Shown here: one piece after another, positions 7,702 to 19,501 of the stretch
How the letters are laid out: each line of letters starts with the position of its first letter
Numbering within the stretch: the stretch's first letter is position 1
Assembly: GCA_044225365.1 (NCBI GenBank)
Contig: JBGAIQ010000009.1
Coordinates: 64,001 to 128,000 of the forward strand
DNA length: 64,000 bases
Source of the DNA: Planctomycetota bacterium
GTDB lineage: Bacteria > Planctomycetota > B15-G4 > JADJEK01
Direction of reading: 5' to 3'
Position numbers and translations under genes: made by a program
Notes under the pieces: model-generated
The model's database searches: none
What the model saw: only the letters and a program-made list of their open reading frames with translations
Told to the model about the DNA's origin: nothing

Positions 7702-7752
7702 TTGTTCGGTTTTCGTTCGGGGTGTACAGTCCGGCCCGTTCGTAGTTCGTTC
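7702..7752 (+). promoter_or_regulatory. Sigma70-like promoter with two GTTC-N7-GTTC putative LexA boxes
   Basis: TTGTTC (7702-7707)-N17-TACAGT (7725-7730). Boxes at 7704-7718 and 7738-7752, upstream of imuA. Confidence 0.7.
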
Positions 7753-8066
7753 GGTGATGCCGTGAATGCCTTCCATTCCCTCCATGTGCCCCTCCTCCCT
7801 TCCTTGGACCCATCGCCGGCAAAGCCGGCGAGCGCGGTCGAAGCTGCGGGAAGGTGTCACGCGAACGATCCGATCCATTTCGTCGCGACGGCGCGCGGCC
7901 TCACGAAGGGTCTCGGCGAACCGAGCCATCGCCATCCGTGCTCGCCCATCGATTCCACCGCCAACCGCCAATCCACCCGCGGAGTCGACACCGACGCGCT
8001 TCCCAAAGCCCGCGTCGTCGCGACGTTTTTTGCCGACCGCCAACCGCCCCTCGCCCATCGCCACCC

Positions 8067-8735
8067 ATGACCGCCGCGAAACGCCTTGCCCCATCGCTCT
8101 CGTCGCCGCTCTGGTCGCCGGCCGTGTTCGCCGGGCGATTCGTCGAGCTCACGGGGCGCGCGCGGCTGACGATGGCGTTCAGTCTGATCCTGATGGCGCA
8201 GCAGAGGCGCGAGCCCGTCGCGTGGATCGCGAGTCGCGGAGATCGGGAGAGCCTGTTCTTCCCGCCGGATGCGGCGGAGTGCGGAATCGATCTCGAGGCG
8301 CTGCCCTGCGCGCGGGTCGTCGATGCGGCCGCGGCGGCGCGGGCGGCCGATCTCTTGTTGCGCTCGGGTGCGTTCGGGCTGGTAGTGCTCGATCTCGGAA
8401 ATGCGAACGAGTTGCCGATGCCGCTGCAATCGCGGCTCGCCGCGCTCGCGCAGAAACATGAAGCCGCCGTGGTCTGTGTGACGGAGAAGAGCGAGCAGAC
8501 GGCCTCGCTCAGTTCCCTCGTATCCCTGCGCGCCGAGGCCTGGCGGGACAAAGCGCGCAAGGAGGTCCGCAAGGACCGGAGCGAGGGTTTGGATTTCGAG
8601 GACGACGACTCCGCGGTCACGACCGCGAGCGCGAGCGATCGGCTCGTCTGCGGAGTCCGGATCCTCAAGGACAAACAGCGCGGACCGGGGTGGGGCCACG
8701 CGGAGTCACTCCGTGGACCGCCTGGTTTGTGTTGA
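8067..8735 (+). CDS. imuA: RecA-like mutasome protein ImuA
   Basis: AGRFVELTG, EPVAWI, FFPPDAAECGIDL, AADLLLRSGAFGLVVLD and SLSSLVSLR, with a degenerate Walker A. Lies directly before imuB; start uncertain. Confidence 0.85.
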   Translation: MTAAKRLAPSLSSPLWSPAVFAGRFVELTGRARLTMAFSLILMAQQRREPVAWIASRGDRESLFFPPDAAECGIDLEALPCARVVDAAAAARAADLLLRSGAFGLVVLDLGNANELPMPLQSRLAALAQKHEAAVVCVTEKSEQTASLSSLVSLRAEAWRDKARKEVRKDRSEGLDFEDDDSAVTTASASDRLVCGVRILKDKQRGPGWGHAESLRGPPGLC

Positions 8736-10239
8736 CGTCGTTCAACTCCCCCTCCAAGTCTTGCTGCGCTCGCGACCGGATTGGGTGAAGCACCCTTCCG
8801 CCGTCGTCGCCGAGGACAAGCCGCAGGGACGGCTCTTGTTCGCGAACGAAGCGGCGCGACAGCAGGGCGTGCTGCCGGGGCAGCGCTACGCCGCCGCGCT
8901 TTCGCTCTGCGCGGGGCTGCGGGCCGCGGTCGTCGGCGACGCGGAGATCGCGACGGCGCTCACCGAGATCGCGCGGCAGCTCGCGGAATTCACTCCGGGC
9001 GTGGAGACGTCGAAGGAGCGACCCGGCGTGTTCTGGCTCGATGCGAAGGGCCTCACCTTGCTCGAGCCCTCGTTGCCGGACTGGGCGCGACGGATCGACC
9101 AGGCGCTGCGGGCGATCGGTTTCGTGGCGCATCTCGCGCTCGGATTCCGACGCTTCGCGACGCTCGCGGCCGCGGAGACGCGACGCGGACTCGTGGTGTT
9201 CGACGACGCGAAGTCCGAGCAGGAATACTTGTTCGGGATCCTGCTCGCTCGCATCGACATCGAGCCGAAGTTGCGCGACGAGCTCGGCAAGCTCGGCATC
9301 CACACGGTCGGGGAATTCGCTCGCCTGCCGCAGGAGGGCGTGCGCTCGCGCTTCGGTGAGGACGCGGAGCGCCTGCATCGGCTCGCGAACGACCGCGTCG
9401 CGGACCCGTTCTCGCCGGCCCCCATCCATGCGCCGCTCGAGCGAAGGATCGCGTTCGAGGAGGCGTTGACCGACTCGACGTCGCTCTTGTTCTTCATCAA
9501 GCCCTTGCTGCACGAACTGCTGGACGAGCTGGCGCAACGCGGGCTCGCGCTCGAGGAATTCACCCTCCGTTTGAAGCTGGAGAACGGCGCGCCGCACGCA
9601 GCGACGCTGCGACCCGCCGCGCCCACGCTGCAGATCGGGATGCTGATGCAGCTCGCGACGCTGCATTTCGAACAGGGTTTCGCCGCGACGAAGGACGCCG
9701 GCGCGCGCCGCCCGTCGCGCAATTCGAATTCGATCGAGGAATTGTTCGTCGGCGCCCAAGGCGTCCCCGCGCGTCCCGAGCAGCTCTCGCTGTTCCGCGA
9801 GAATCCCCGGCGCGATCTCCACGCGGGAGAGCGCGCGCTCGCGCTGGTGAGGAGCCGCTTCGGCGAGACGTCGATCGGCCGCATCGTCCTCCAGGAGGCG
9901 CATCTCCCCGAGGCGCGCTTCCGCTTCGAGCCGATCACGAAGCTCGAATATCCGCAGCCCTCCCCCGCGCTCGAACGCGTCGCGATCCGCCGCATCTTCT
10001 CCCAGCCCATTCCGGTCTCGCCGCCGCGCCGCCATCCGCACGACGACGGCTGGATCCTCCACGACTTGAAGCAGGGAACGGTGACGAAGACCGACGGCCC
10101 TTATGTCGTCTCCGGCGGCTGGTGGGCGCGCGAGGTGCATCGCGAATATCGCTTCGTGCACACGCTCTCGGGGGACGTGATGTGGGTCTTCTACGACAAG
10201 AAGCGCCGCCGATGGTTCTTGCAGGGAGATCTGGAATGA
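8713..10239 (+). CDS. imuB: Y-family polymerase-like ImuB
   Basis: ANEAARQQGVLPGQ, FTPGVE, FWLDAKG, QLSLF clamp motif, GPYVVSGGWW..EVHREY and WFLQG. Confidence 0.92.
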   Translation: MDRLVCVDVVQLPLQVLLRSRPDWVKHPSAVVAEDKPQGRLLFANEAARQQGVLPGQRYAAALSLCAGLRAAVVGDAEIATALTEIARQLAEFTPGVETSKERPGVFWLDAKGLTLLEPSLPDWARRIDQALRAIGFVAHLALGFRRFATLAAAETRRGLVVFDDAKSEQEYLFGILLARIDIEPKLRDELGKLGIHTVGEFARLPQEGVRSRFGEDAERLHRLANDRVADPFSPAPIHAPLERRIAFEEALTDSTSLLFFIKPLLHELLDELAQRGLALEEFTLRLKLENGAPHAATLRPAAPTLQIGMLMQLATLHFEQGFAATKDAGARRPSRNSNSIEELFVGAQGVPARPEQLSLFRENPRRDLHAGERALALVRSRFGETSIGRIVLQEAHLPEARFRFEPITKLEYPQPSPALERVAIRRIFSQPIPVSPPRRHPHDDGWILHDLKQGTVTKTDGPYVVSGGWWAREVHREYRFVHTLSGDVMWVFYDKKRRRWFLQGDLE

Positions 10240-10281
10240 AGCGACTCGCGGCTTGCCGCATCGCCCTTCCCCACTCTTCCC

Positions 10282-13440
<3,159 letters not shown>

Positions 13441-13451
13441 CGACCGCGTCT

Positions 13452-15215
13452 TTACAACTGTCCGGTTCGCGGGTCGACGCGCAGATCGAGCGTCTCGTCG
13501 TCGAGCGTGTAGAAGAAGAATCCGTACATCATCTCTTCTTCGGTCTGCAGCCCGAAGCGGACGGGCTTCGACGGATCCGGATTGAACGGATTGAAGCGGG
13601 AATTGTCGAAGTGCGCGAGGACGTCGATCGTAGTGCCCGCGGGGAAACGCAGCGAGTCCTTCGGGCAATGATAACTTTGCTGCCAGTCGAAATTGTAGTT
13701 CGGGACGATGAGCAGGGTCTGGTCCGCGCCGCCCGGCAGCAGAGCCTTGAACATCATGTCGCGCCCGCGCAGATGCATGTGCGCGAACATGCCGATGCAC
13801 GTGATCGGCGAATCGAACCGTTTCTTGCCCTCGACGGGATGCCCCTGTGCGAACGGTGGGATCGTGAAGCGGTGATCCGCGATCTGCGCGTGATGGAGCA
13901 GCTTCGTGACGGGCGCGTGCGGGAAGCGCAGGGCGACCGAGATGTGGCAGTTCTCCGGTTTGCCGCTCGTCACGTAGTGGACCTGGAGCCCGAGCACCGA
14001 GCCCTTCGGAATCTTCACGGCGAGGCCGGGTCCGAGATCCATCGGGTCGCCACCCGGCACGAAACCGGTGATGAAGTTCTCCTGCTCGTACTTCTTGCCG
14101 ATCTCGAAGAACGCGAGATTCGCGTGATGCAGCACCGGTTTGTTGTCGCCCTGGATCTCGAGCGCCTCGACGTAAGTATCCTCGAGGAACAGGTGCGGCA
14201 TGACGACGTATTGATAAGGAACGTAACCCGTCGCGGGCAGCTCCTGCGCGCCGAGCTGCTCGAGCACGAGGTCGGGCTTGCCGATCCGCCAGCGGTCGGC
14301 CGATGAGAGGGAGGGCGCGGGCGGCTTGGGTGCGGCGGAGAGATCTCCCGGATTCGCCCCCGCCGCGATCCAGCTCCGCAGGATCGCGCGCTCGGGACGC
14401 GTGAGGCCGAGATGGTTCGCGAACACTCCGTAGTCGGCGCTCCCGTACCACGGCGGCATGCGCTCCTCGCGGACCACCTCGTCGATCATGTCGATCCGCT
14501 TCTTCACCTGCTCGAAGGAGACGAGCGGGAACGGCGCTTCGCCCTTCTCCCGATGGCAGGGCACGCACTTGCCGTAGACGATCGGCGCGACGTCGGCGGC
14601 GAAGGTGAATTCGGGCGCGGGCTTCACCGGCGCATCCGCGGTGAGCGCGCAGCCCTCGGCTTCCGTCTCCGGAATCGCGACGTCCTTGCCCGCGAGCAGT
14701 TCCTCGAGCGCGATCCGCAGATCCTCGCGCTGCGGCTCGGGCCGCACGCCCGACAACCGCATCTGATCGTCGACGCGACCGCGATAACGCAGGACGAAGT
14801 TCGAATCGAGGACGACCGCTTCCGGCGTGCGCGAGACACCGAGAGCGTTCGCCGCCTTCAGATCGAAATCCTTGAGCAAGGGGAATTCGATCCCGTTCTC
14901 CACCATCTGCGTCGCGGACTCGACGATCGACTCGCCGGCGCCCGCATTGACGAACGCGAACTGCACATCGCGCGCCCGGAACTCCTTCTCGAGCGCGGCG
15001 ACGCGCGGGATGTAGCGCTTCGCGAGCGGACACTCGCGAGTGATGAACACGAGCACGTACGCCGATTTCTTCCCGAACTCCGACAACTTGCGCGGCAGGT
15101 AGCGAACGTCCTTCAGCGAGAGATCCGGGGCGATCGCACCGATCGGAAGCGGCGGCGGAGCACCTTCGCTCGAGGAGAGGGCGAGGGCCGGAAGAAGGAG
15201 CAGCGAAGCGATCAT
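13452..15215 (-). CDS. Secreted redoxin + cytochrome c + copper type-II monooxygenase-like fusion
   Basis: Signal peptide, AhpC-like domain (CP, RTPE, YRGRVDD), CVPCH heme motif, then HH, HMH and EEMM copper-ligand pattern. Confidence 0.8.
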   Translation of the reverse strand: MIASLLLLPALALSSSEGAPPPLPIGAIAPDLSLKDVRYLPRKLSEFGKKSAYVLVFITRECPLAKRYIPRVAALEKEFRARDVQFAFVNAGAGESIVESATQMVENGIEFPLLKDFDLKAANALGVSRTPEAVVLDSNFVLRYRGRVDDQMRLSGVRPEPQREDLRIALEELLAGKDVAIPETEAEGCALTADAPVKPAPEFTFAADVAPIVYGKCVPCHREKGEAPFPLVSFEQVKKRIDMIDEVVREERMPPWYGSADYGVFANHLGLTRPERAILRSWIAAGANPGDLSAAPKPPAPSLSSADRWRIGKPDLVLEQLGAQELPATGYVPYQYVVMPHLFLEDTYVEALEIQGDNKPVLHHANLAFFEIGKKYEQENFITGFVPGGDPMDLGPGLAVKIPKGSVLGLQVHYVTSGKPENCHISVALRFPHAPVTKLLHHAQIADHRFTIPPFAQGHPVEGKKRFDSPITCIGMFAHMHLRGRDMMFKALLPGGADQTLLIVPNYNFDWQQSYHCPKDSLRFPAGTTIDVLAHFDNSRFNPFNPDPSKPVRFGLQTEEEMMYGFFFYTLDDETLDLRVDPRTGQL

Positions 15216-15235
15216 GCCGCCAGCATAACGAATCC

Positions 15236-16939
15236 TCAGTGCGGCGCGGGGACCGGCGGTACGTCCTGGCCGCAGGTCCAGGGGAACGCGGACGCCTTCA
15301 CCTTCTTGCCCTTCTCGTCGATCGCGAGCGACTTCGCGCCCGCGGGCAGGATCCGCAGACTCTTCAGGAATTCGAGCACCTCGAGCCGCTCCCCCTCGGC
15401 GAGCGCATTCCAATTCGCGCGGACGCCCGCGGCTTCTCCGCCATGGGCCGCGATCGCCTCACGCAGCGTCGTGAACTTTCCGTGATGGAAGTACGGCGAA
15501 GTCGAACCCGCTCCCCACAAACGCGCGGTCAGGAAGCGTGAGTTCCCGGCGAAGAACGCGGGCGACCCGGTCGGCGCGAGGACGTCGATCGGCTCCCGAT
15601 TCGGATCGTTCGGCCCGTCGGTGAGATCGTGCACCTTGAAATCGCTGAACACGAACACCGGGACGACGCCCTTCGCATCCGCCTTGAGGCGCGGCTTCGG
15701 AAGCGTCTTCCCGGCGAGGTCGATCTCGATCGAGCCGTGCTCGAGATTGTAGGCATCGCCCTGCTGCTGGTTGCCCGGAGGACCGTATGGGCTCGGCTCG
15801 ACGAACGCGCTGCTTTCGAGCGGCAGGCACGGGACGTGGCACGTGGCGCAGCCGATGCTCACGAAGCGCTGCTCGCCGCTCGCGATCGCGTCGCGCGACT
15901 CGGCGCCGAGGGGGACGACGCGGCCGGGCGGCGGCAAGGTCGCCTGGAACAACACGATCGCCGAGACATCGCCGTACGTGAGCTCGTCGACGACGCCGTC
16001 ACCATCGGGATCTCCCGGGCCCGATCGCTCGATGCTCTGCATCCCGAGATGCTGATTGAACGCGGTGTTCGTGAAGTGCCGGATCGTGATCGCGGCGGAC
16101 GACGCGCTGAAGGGACGCAGGACGAGGCTCGGCGGATCGGAAGGGCCCGTCGTCGCGAGACTCGGCGGCTGGATCCCTTCCACTTGCGAGGTGTCCCAAT
16201 CACCCTGGGCGGTACGCGTGAGCGTCCCGAAGTGGACCCCCTTGGTGACGAGCGTTACCGATTGCCCCGGTGCGAGCGCGTTTCGCAACGAGCGCAGATC
16301 GGTCGTCATCTCCCGCGCGAGCAATTCGGTGTAACCCGAGCCGAAGAGATGCGGCGTGTTTCGCGAATCGCCGATCGTGTCGAGCGTGGCGGCGATCCCC
16401 TGCTCCGTGAAGGTTCCCTTCGTCGGGATCGAGTCGTGGGGATCGAAGGTCGCGTAGTCGAAGCGATCGGCGAAGACGAAGCCATTCGCCAGGAACTGCC
16501 CGGATCCGCCCGGCAATGGATCCTGATGACAGCCCGCGCAGGAGTTCGATTCGGGCGAGGAGATGCGGTTCATGTTGCGGGGGAACACGAGCGGCGCCGT
16601 CGGATCCGCGAGCGTGTTGAAGTCGCCACGCAGCAATGGCCGCCCATGCCCGTCCGCCGCGGACATCTTCGCGACGAAGAGGTTACGACCGAACGCGACG
16701 AGCTCCGCCGCGCCGAGCGTCTTCTCTTCGCCCGGTGCGAGGTGGTGTGCGATCGCCTTCTCGCTCCCCACGGATTGCGCGAGGAGGACGGGCGAGAGCG
16801 CTGCCGTGGCGACGACCGCGGCGATTGCAGCGGAACGATGGCGTGCGAGTCGAAAGGCGCCGCGCGGCGCGGTCCGCCGGGTGCTTGGGAGGAAGTCCTT
16901 CGTGCTCGAGCGGCGTTCGAAGGAGAAAGAAATGATCAT
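15236..16939 (-). CDS. Di-heme oxidoreductase family (thiol-oxidoreductase-like) secreted protein; true start probably downstream
   Basis: CAGCH and CATCH heme motifs, RNTPHLFG, FSDFKVHD and FLTARLWG..PYFHHG..TLREAI.AHGGEA. Confidence 0.82.
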   Translation of the reverse strand: MIISFSFERRSSTKDFLPSTRRTAPRGAFRLARHRSAAIAAVVATAALSPVLLAQSVGSEKAIAHHLAPGEEKTLGAAELVAFGRNLFVAKMSAADGHGRPLLRGDFNTLADPTAPLVFPRNMNRISSPESNSCAGCHQDPLPGGSGQFLANGFVFADRFDYATFDPHDSIPTKGTFTEQGIAATLDTIGDSRNTPHLFGSGYTELLAREMTTDLRSLRNALAPGQSVTLVTKGVHFGTLTRTAQGDWDTSQVEGIQPPSLATTGPSDPPSLVLRPFSASSAAITIRHFTNTAFNQHLGMQSIERSGPGDPDGDGVVDELTYGDVSAIVLFQATLPPPGRVVPLGAESRDAIASGEQRFVSIGCATCHVPCLPLESSAFVEPSPYGPPGNQQQGDAYNLEHGSIEIDLAGKTLPKPRLKADAKGVVPVFVFSDFKVHDLTDGPNDPNREPIDVLAPTGSPAFFAGNSRFLTARLWGAGSTSPYFHHGKFTTLREAIAAHGGEAAGVRANWNALAEGERLEVLEFLKSLRILPAGAKSLAIDEKGKKVKASAFPWTCGQDVPPVPAPH

Positions 16940-18287
16940 CGGTACCCTCAGTTCCTTGTCCCTCGTCTTGGCCGGTCAGGCCGGTCAGGTCGACCACCTC
17001 GCGGTGGTTCGTTGCGACGCGACTCACGCTTCGCAAAAGGCTGGCCTGTTCGCTTACGGCGCAGGGATCGCGAGCCCGGCCGTGACGGCGTTCGATCCGA
17101 CCTTCTTCCAATTCGGCGGCTCGCAGCCGATCCGCCACGTGTTCAGCATGGACATCCAAGGCAACGGCACCGACGAGATCGGAGTCGTGCGCGAGCAGTT
17201 GAACAAGGGCGGCCGCTACGTCCTTTCGTTCCACTCGGTTCCGGCCACGCCGTACGCGAGCGTGAGCACGCCGTGCGAGGCAAAGAAGCTGGCCTCCCTC
17301 GGCTCCGCGAAGACGGCGGGCACGATCGTCGCGATCGACGGCGTCGACGTGAACGGTGACTTCCGGGACGAGATCGTGATCGTCCGCACGACCGAGAGCG
17401 GAGAACAGCGGATCGAGATCTACGCTCCCCCGGGCATGAGCGGCCTGCTCGCGGCTCCCTTCACGTCCTACGCCGCGGCGGGCTCCGTCGGCTCGTCGGA
17501 GATCGTCGATGCCGTCGGCTGCGACTACGACGGGAACTCGATCGAGGAGATCGCCCTTCATCGCAGGAGCCTCGCGGGGGACACGATCGAGATCGTGCCC
17601 GCGCCGAGCATCGTGGCCGATCATCTCGGATCGCCACTCCTCACCTTCCCGATCGATCAGGAGTCGGAATCCCGCCTGCTCGTCACGACGCTCGATGACG
17701 ACGAATCCGACGACCTGCTCCTATGGAGCCCGATCCTCGATGGCACCTCTGCAATCACTCCTCTCTGGACGTCGAAGGGCGGAGTGAAATCGGCTTCCGC
17801 GCCCCTCAAGTCCTTCGCAACGAACGACGCCTTTCCCATCGCGGCTCCACTGATGATCCGCGGAGCGACGACGAAGGCGCCTTTTGGCTCTCCCGCGATC
17901 TCGACCTCGCTCAACTCGGAGCTCGAATTCGGATTCTGCCATGTCGTACCGTCGAATGGGTATTACGGAGGTTCGAACACGACCGAAGTGGGTCCGATCG
18001 TTGCGAAGAGCCAATTCGATGCGACGACGGGGATCTTGACGATGCAGTTCGCGAACGCCGCAGCCCCGATCGTCGGCAAGCTCGAACCGGGGTTCACCAA
18101 GGTCGCTCTCAGCAAGAACGTGATCGAATTCCCTCTGACCACGGGAGGCAAACTCCATGTCGTGCTGCAATCGCTCACGGTGGTCAAGCTCGGAGGCACG
18201 ATCGCGATCCAGGGAACCTATTCCTCGGGCTCATGGGTCGGTTTCGGGACGCCGCTGAGCAATGGCGTGATGACCCTCTCCAGTTGA
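16932..18287 (+). CDS. Secreted hypothetical protein with FG-GAP-like repeats
   Basis: RBS AAGGAG, hydrophobic N-terminus, and repeats DIQGNGTDEI, DVNGDFRDEI, DYDGNSIEEI. Confidence 0.7.
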   Translation: MIIGTLSSLSLVLAGQAGQVDHLAVVRCDATHASQKAGLFAYGAGIASPAVTAFDPTFFQFGGSQPIRHVFSMDIQGNGTDEIGVVREQLNKGGRYVLSFHSVPATPYASVSTPCEAKKLASLGSAKTAGTIVAIDGVDVNGDFRDEIVIVRTTESGEQRIEIYAPPGMSGLLAAPFTSYAAAGSVGSSEIVDAVGCDYDGNSIEEIALHRRSLAGDTIEIVPAPSIVADHLGSPLLTFPIDQESESRLLVTTLDDDESDDLLLWSPILDGTSAITPLWTSKGGVKSASAPLKSFATNDAFPIAAPLMIRGATTKAPFGSPAISTSLNSELEFGFCHVVPSNGYYGGSNTTEVGPIVAKSQFDATTGILTMQFANAAAPIVGKLEPGFTKVALSKNVIEFPLTTGGKLHVVLQSLTVVKLGGTIAIQGTYSSGSWVGFGTPLSNGVMTLSS

Positions 18288-18373
18288 GCTTCGGGGCCCC
18301 TTGGATTCGAATTGCCGCGGGCGCCCGCAGCCCGCGTCCGTTCGCCCCTTGGCCCTACGGCTCGACCCGAGTC

Positions 18374-19450
18374 TCAGGGCTCGAACAGCTTGGGATCGAG
18401 CGTGACGCCCTGATCGCGCAGCTTGTCGAGGAAGACGGGCTTGTTGCCGGTCGCGACGAACCGGCCAAGGAGCTTGCCCGAGGGATCCGTGCCTTCGATC
18501 TGGTAACGGAAGAGATCCTCGAACTTCACGCGGTCGCCGTCCATGCCGCAGAGCTGCGTGATGTGCGACACCTTGCGCGTGCCATCGGCAAGCTGCTCGT
18601 GCTGCACGACGAGATCGAGAGCCTGACTGATCTGGCGATGGATCGCGAAGAGCGGCAGACCGAGATCGGAATCGAGCATCATCACTTCGAGGCGGGAGAT
18701 GACGTCGCGGGGCGAACCGGCGTGCAGCACGCCGAGCGTGCCCCGATGGCCCGACACCATCGCCTGGATCATCTCGATCGCGTCGCCGCCGCGCACTTCA
18801 CCGACGATGATCCGATCGGGACGCATGCGCATCGCGTTCTTGAAGAGATCGCGCATCGTCACCTGACCTTTGCCCTCGGCGGACGCCGCGCGGCACTCGA
18901 GCGGGATGACGTGCTCCTGGTTCAGCGTGAGTTCGGCCGTGTCCTCGAGCGTGACGATTCGCTCCGACGGATCGATCGACGAGGAGAGCACGTTGAGCGT
19001 CGTCGTCTTCCCTGCGCCCGTCGCGCCGGCGAAGACGATGTTGAGCCGGCCCTTGATCGCGGCGATCAAGAGGTCCGCCATCCGCCGATCGAGCGTGCCC
19101 TTCGCGATCAGATCGTCGATCTTCTTGAAGCCCTTCGAGAACTTTCGGATCGTGATGACCGGGCCCTTGGTCGAGACGGGCGGCAGGATGATGTTGACGC
19201 GCGACCCATCGGGCAATGAGAGATCGACGTACGGGCTCTGGTAGTTCACCTGACGTCCGGAGAGGATCGCCATCGCGTCGACCATGACGTTGAGCTGCTC
19301 GGAAGTGAGCTTCAATTGCGCGACGCGGATCATGCGGCCCTTGCGCTCGACGAAGATCTGCGCACCGCCGTTGATCATGATCTCGGAGATCTCCGAGTCT
19401 TCGAGCAACTCCGCGATCGGACGAAGCCCGACGGGAAGACTGATCGCCAT
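18374..19450 (-). CDS. CpaF/TadA-family secretion ATPase
   Basis: ISEIMING, LPDGSRVN, Walker A GATGAGKTT, TLEDTAEL and RMRPDRIIVGEVRG. Confidence 0.92.
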   Translation of the reverse strand: MAISLPVGLRPIAELLEDSEISEIMINGGAQIFVERKGRMIRVAQLKLTSEQLNVMVDAMAILSGRQVNYQSPYVDLSLPDGSRVNIILPPVSTKGPVITIRKFSKGFKKIDDLIAKGTLDRRMADLLIAAIKGRLNIVFAGATGAGKTTTLNVLSSSIDPSERIVTLEDTAELTLNQEHVIPLECRAASAEGKGQVTMRDLFKNAMRMRPDRIIVGEVRGGDAIEMIQAMVSGHRGTLGVLHAGSPRDVISRLEVMMLDSDLGLPLFAIHRQISQALDLVVQHEQLADGTRKVSHITQLCGMDGDRVKFEDLFRYQIEGTDPSGKLLGRFVATGNKPVFLDKLRDQGVTLDPKLFEP

Positions 19451-19501
19451 GCGCGTCCTCGGTCGAGGGGAAAGGGTCGCGCCAAGTCTATCGATCGTGA
19501 C

